Assembly: GCA_011109175.1 (NCBI GenBank)
Contig: RDEW01000001.1
Span: 2,111,485-2,175,484 of the forward strand
From: Dicyema japonicum
Lineage: Eukaryota > Animalia > Dicyemida
DNA: 64,000 bases
Reading direction: 5' to 3'
A program made the translations under genes and the position numbers. This document shows, one piece after another, positions 60,310-64,000 of this stretch; within the stretch, counting starts at the first letter, position 1; each line of letters opens with the position of its first letter. Under the pieces are notes generated by a model, which was not told the DNA's origin, searched no databases, and saw only the letters and a list, made by a program, of their open reading frames with translations.

Positions 60310-62750
60310 GATGATCTAATCTGAAACAATAGCTTATGCATTTCAACATTGAAAAATCTACTGTGTTATGTGGGGATCTTAATGCATGACATCCAGTTTG
60401 GCTCACTTCCCAATCCTCTGATAACCGAGGAGAACTCATTGCAAATTATCTTCCTGACCTGATTATACTGAACAACCCTAACTCACATACGAGGACTTCA
60501 TTAAGGATGACTGATAGCTGCACATCCCCCGACTTAACACTATGCTCACCTTCTCTGGCTGGACTCATTTCCTGGAACGTCTTTTACGGCTTCCAGTGAC
60601 CACAATTTAATACTTCTAAAATTGAGAGGTCTTCGACGATGCAGGAGACGGCCGCGGAATCAAAAGGATTCAAGGATTATACGAAGGTTGACTGGTCTGG
60701 TTTCAGTAACCTTGTGGATAAATTCTTGGCCGGGAGATTATCCTTCCCAATACGCTCTATTGACGAGGCCGCAGAAATTATCAGCGCTGCCATTCAGAAA
60801 GCTGACCATATTTTTATTCCTATATCGTCATACAAGAAGTTTATTCCTACCCTCAGCTCTTATACAATAAGTCTTATAAAACAAAGAGACCGGCTGAAGA
60901 GATGCCATCTGTTGGACATGAAGTCTTTGACAGCCCTCAGACAACTGAATAAAAGAATCTGTCAGAGCATAAAAGAACACAAGGACAAGAGATGGCAGCA
61001 TCTAGTTAACCACCTCGACAGGAAAAGTACATCCCGACATTCTGGAAAACTCTTAAACAAGTCAAGTCGGAGCTGGATGATGCAGACGGAACCGGAAAGT
61101 CTTCTCCTGAACACTTATGCCACCTACATCCTAACACCTTATGAAACATTACGCTGGAATTAGCTTCAAACCATTCTCGAAACACCTGGACATTAAGGTG
61201 CGTGCCCATAAACCGAAGAAGGAACCTTACACGAACTATTCACAGATGACCAAGTCTTGGATGTGATCACCAGATTAAAGAGCTCACGGGCGTGCGGGCC
61301 TGACAAAGTATCTTCTATTCACCTAAAACACCTAAGCCACTACGCAATTGGCTACCTCACGCATATATACAATCTGTCCATTAACTATAATATTATTCCT
61401 AAGATTTGGAAGAATTCTATCATCAGACCGATATTGAAGGCTGGGAAACCAGAGACAGAACCTGCATCCTACAGGCCTATTTCCGTTACCAGCACACTGT
61501 CAAAAATTATGGAGAAACTTGTATTATCAGTCATTATTCCGTATCTTCCGCGTCCTATATTTCAACATGGTTTCCTCCGCGGTAGGTCCACCGCTACATA
61601 CTTGGCAACTTTATCGCAGTTCATTGCCGACGGTTTTAACACCCATCCTCCGCCTCACAAACGCACAATCTTGGTTTCTATTGACATCAACAAAGCCTTT
61701 GACACTGTTTCGAGGAAAATCTTGGTTGGAAAAATATTTTCTACTAATATTCGTCCGAATGTGAAATTATGGCTGGCCAACTTTTTGTCTGGAAGACGTG
61801 GAAGAGTAGTCAGTGGTGATCTTAGATCTAGATCACAATTACTACCGAACAAGGTACCCCAGGGGTCTCCACTTTCACCAATTCTATTCAACCTATTCCT
61901 ACACGACCTACCTAATGATGGAGACAAAGATTCCCTGATATTATCCTACGAGGACGATGTAGTCATTGCAATACGGAACCGCTCGACGCAAGTCGCATCC
62001 CTTAAAACTTAGACAAAATTGAACACTCCACGATTAGATTGTTGGCAATCGACTAACGATTTCTGCAACCAAGTCTATCTGATCCACTTTCACGTCGGAC
62101 CGTTGTTCCAAGGATGAACCGAGTCTTTTTATTGGTCCCACTAGGATTCCAGTGACAAATTCCCCCACTGTCCTTGGAGTCAAGTACGACAGCCTTCTCA
62201 AATTCAACTCCCACGCAACAGATATGATTACCAGGGGCCTCCAGAAAGTTAACGTTTTACGCGCCCTTGTCCGGAGGACCACGAGAAACATGGACTTTTC
62301 CGTTTCTACCTCTACCAACAAACAATGCGCCTGCCGTTGAGTATGCCTCCGTTGCATGGAGATTCGCGCTATCGGAGTCTATGGTCCAAAGAGTCAACTC
62401 GATACACCAGAAAACAATCAGTATGCTTTCCCACGTAATGGATCAACAGTCGACCCACTACTCATGGAAGCTAAGATCTGTAGTCGTGGCTCCGGATTTC
62501 TTCGCGTCTGTGAGGAAGATGGAAATCCGCTTCGCCTATCCTTCCATGGCAAGAGAAAACCGATTGGATAAGAAATTCCCCTCCCCGATCGGATTCCTCT
62601 GCAAGACCGAGAGAAGGCTCTTCCGGAAAGTAGTGGGGACGATGGAATCACAGACGTCGAATGGCACAATTGATTGCGAGGACTGGGATCACCTAACTGA
62701 CTCTTTTGTCTTTCTTTCTCGGTGTTCCCGGGGTTATTAAAAAAATAAAT
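60310..62750 (+). mobile_element. I-group LINE (APE C-half, RT, 3' tail), 5'-truncated
   Basis: LCGDLNA, LIILNNP..SPDLTL; ORF 61257-62012 with ACGPDKV, SYRPISVTS, QHGF, IDINKAFD, VPQGSPLSP, YEDD; 3' ggtgttcccggggttatt+A-rich tail. Confidence 0.92.
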
Positions 62751-62759
62751 AAAAATTGG

Positions 62760-63225
62760 CCTTGTGAATTTGTGCTAGTTCTCCTGTCAGAAGGTCGTAT
62801 TTGTGTTGTTTTTCCACTTCAACATGTTTTAGCAAATCTTTGGAAGTGATCCCTACTTGTATTAGTATTTTTTTCGTTTTTGGATTTATCGTGTACGAAA
62901 ATATCAGATTTGTTTTTTTAACTTGTATATCCGTTTGTAGTGTTATATCGACTCGTATTTCAACTTTACTGTTTATTCCAAATCGACGACATAGTTGTAT
63001 ACATCTTACAACTTCGTTATGTCGCCGCATATATGCACCGCTAAGCATCCTGGTACACCGTGTAGCCAGGTGATCCACACTTTTTTTTGGCCATTCCACA
63101 ATGACTGCAATTTGTTTTCATTGTCTTCAAAGAACAGATTTCGATCCTGTATCATGCAGTACATTGCTTCCAACCTTGGACTATTGTTTCCCCAGTTACC
63201 ATTCAATTGATTCATTGATATCGAC
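62760..63225 (-). mobile_element. R4/Dong-like REL-domain fragment
   Basis: YCMIQDRNLF, SVDHLATRC, RRHNEVVRCI, VGITSKDLLKHVEVEKQHKYD. Confidence 0.85.
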
Positions 63226-63231
63226 ATTCGT

Positions 63232-64000
63232 ATTTTGTGTCGTCTGCACGTTGTGTCGTCTGTTGTCGTTGTGTTGCTAAAAGAAGAGAAAAAGAAGAGA
63301 ATAAGAAAGGAAAATCAGAAAAGAACATGCAGAAAACTGTAAAAGAAGATGAGATCTGCACAAAGTACAACATAATTAACAAAAGAAAGCGGATGATCCA
63401 TTGCACAGCATGTTCGTATGGCTTCCACATGTCCTGTGAATGACTAAAAGAGCCCTGGCTGTCATTTCCGATTGGCACTGTCGATCTTGTCTCCTACCAG
63501 ATAATACGACAAACTCTTCCCTACGCTACCCTTCTGAACATGTTCCACTAGACCATCAGGAAATACTTGAATTGATCTCCAACATGACACACACACGAAG
63601 ACTCCTGATTAGGATCCCAAAGCTGCCCGTATATCTGTCGCGGACTGCCTATGTGAGTGTATGGTATCCGTGCTGCGGTGAGGATCTTTGCAGATCAACA
63701 ATGTATAATTGAGCCGTCAGAACAGTCCTACGCATCACTTGTTGAGCGACACCCAAGTCTCCCCAACGACCACCGGGTTCCCCTTGCCCAGGACAATTAT
63801 CCAATACTTGTGATAAAAGATGGGATCCTCTCTTTCGTCCCGAGTAGCAGTGGAGGACTAGATGGGCTCCGTCCGGGTCACATCAAAGATCTCATTGCTC
63901 ATAACATGGGCAACTCTGGGGTCCGACTCGTGTTGGCTATCACCAAACTAATGAACAGGATGCTATCAGGGACACTACCAGAAACAATTCGACACGTAAT
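63232..64000 (+). mobile_element. CRE-clade element 5' portion with PHD finger (diverged relative of 33865-37105), runs off window end
   Basis: GT-rich leader; CTKY..KRMIHCTACSYGFHMSC..WHCRSC; later SSGGLDGLRPGHIKDL. Confidence 0.85.

Overview
AT-rich eukaryotic (metazoan) genomic DNA, roughly two-thirds nested, decayed transposable elements, with small islands of host genes. Host genes reconstructed by hand: cytochrome b5 (11976-12472 +), ODF3/SHIPPO-repeat protein (12608-13436 -), CIB-family EF-hand protein (28106-28776 -), syntrophin (42212-43522 +), a small type-I membrane protein (44317-44790 +, partly duplicated at 38.8 kb) and a very large protein with about 29 C2H2 fingers (about 45900-52040 -). 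There are also two orphan candidates. Almost all introns are GT-AG and 22-27 nt long, which is why the ORF track fragments these genes. Animal genes plus such introns point to a dicyemid mesozoan or similar; this is inference. Several host genes carry 1-nt deletions in homopolymer runs, most likely assembly errors. TEs include RTE, I-group (Ingi/Vingi-like and gag-bearing Jockey/I-like), R4/Dong-like and CRE-clade non-LTR retrotransposons, plus hAT (Buster/Charlie and CGGBP-like), pogo/Tigger, Merlin and possibly piggyBac DNA transposons. Several have recoverable TIRs and TSDs. The most interesting signal is a group of compact (about 2.8 kb) single-ORF LINEs. Two diverged families share a 5' structured-RNA motif with compensatory base changes (HDV-ribozyme-like topology). 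Three families carry a 2A-like StopGo peptide just before the APE endonuclease, and they have a similar 3' terminal motif. CRE-clade elements with an N-terminal PHD finger and a GT-rich leader are also notable. No rRNA, tRNA or CRISPR array was recognised.
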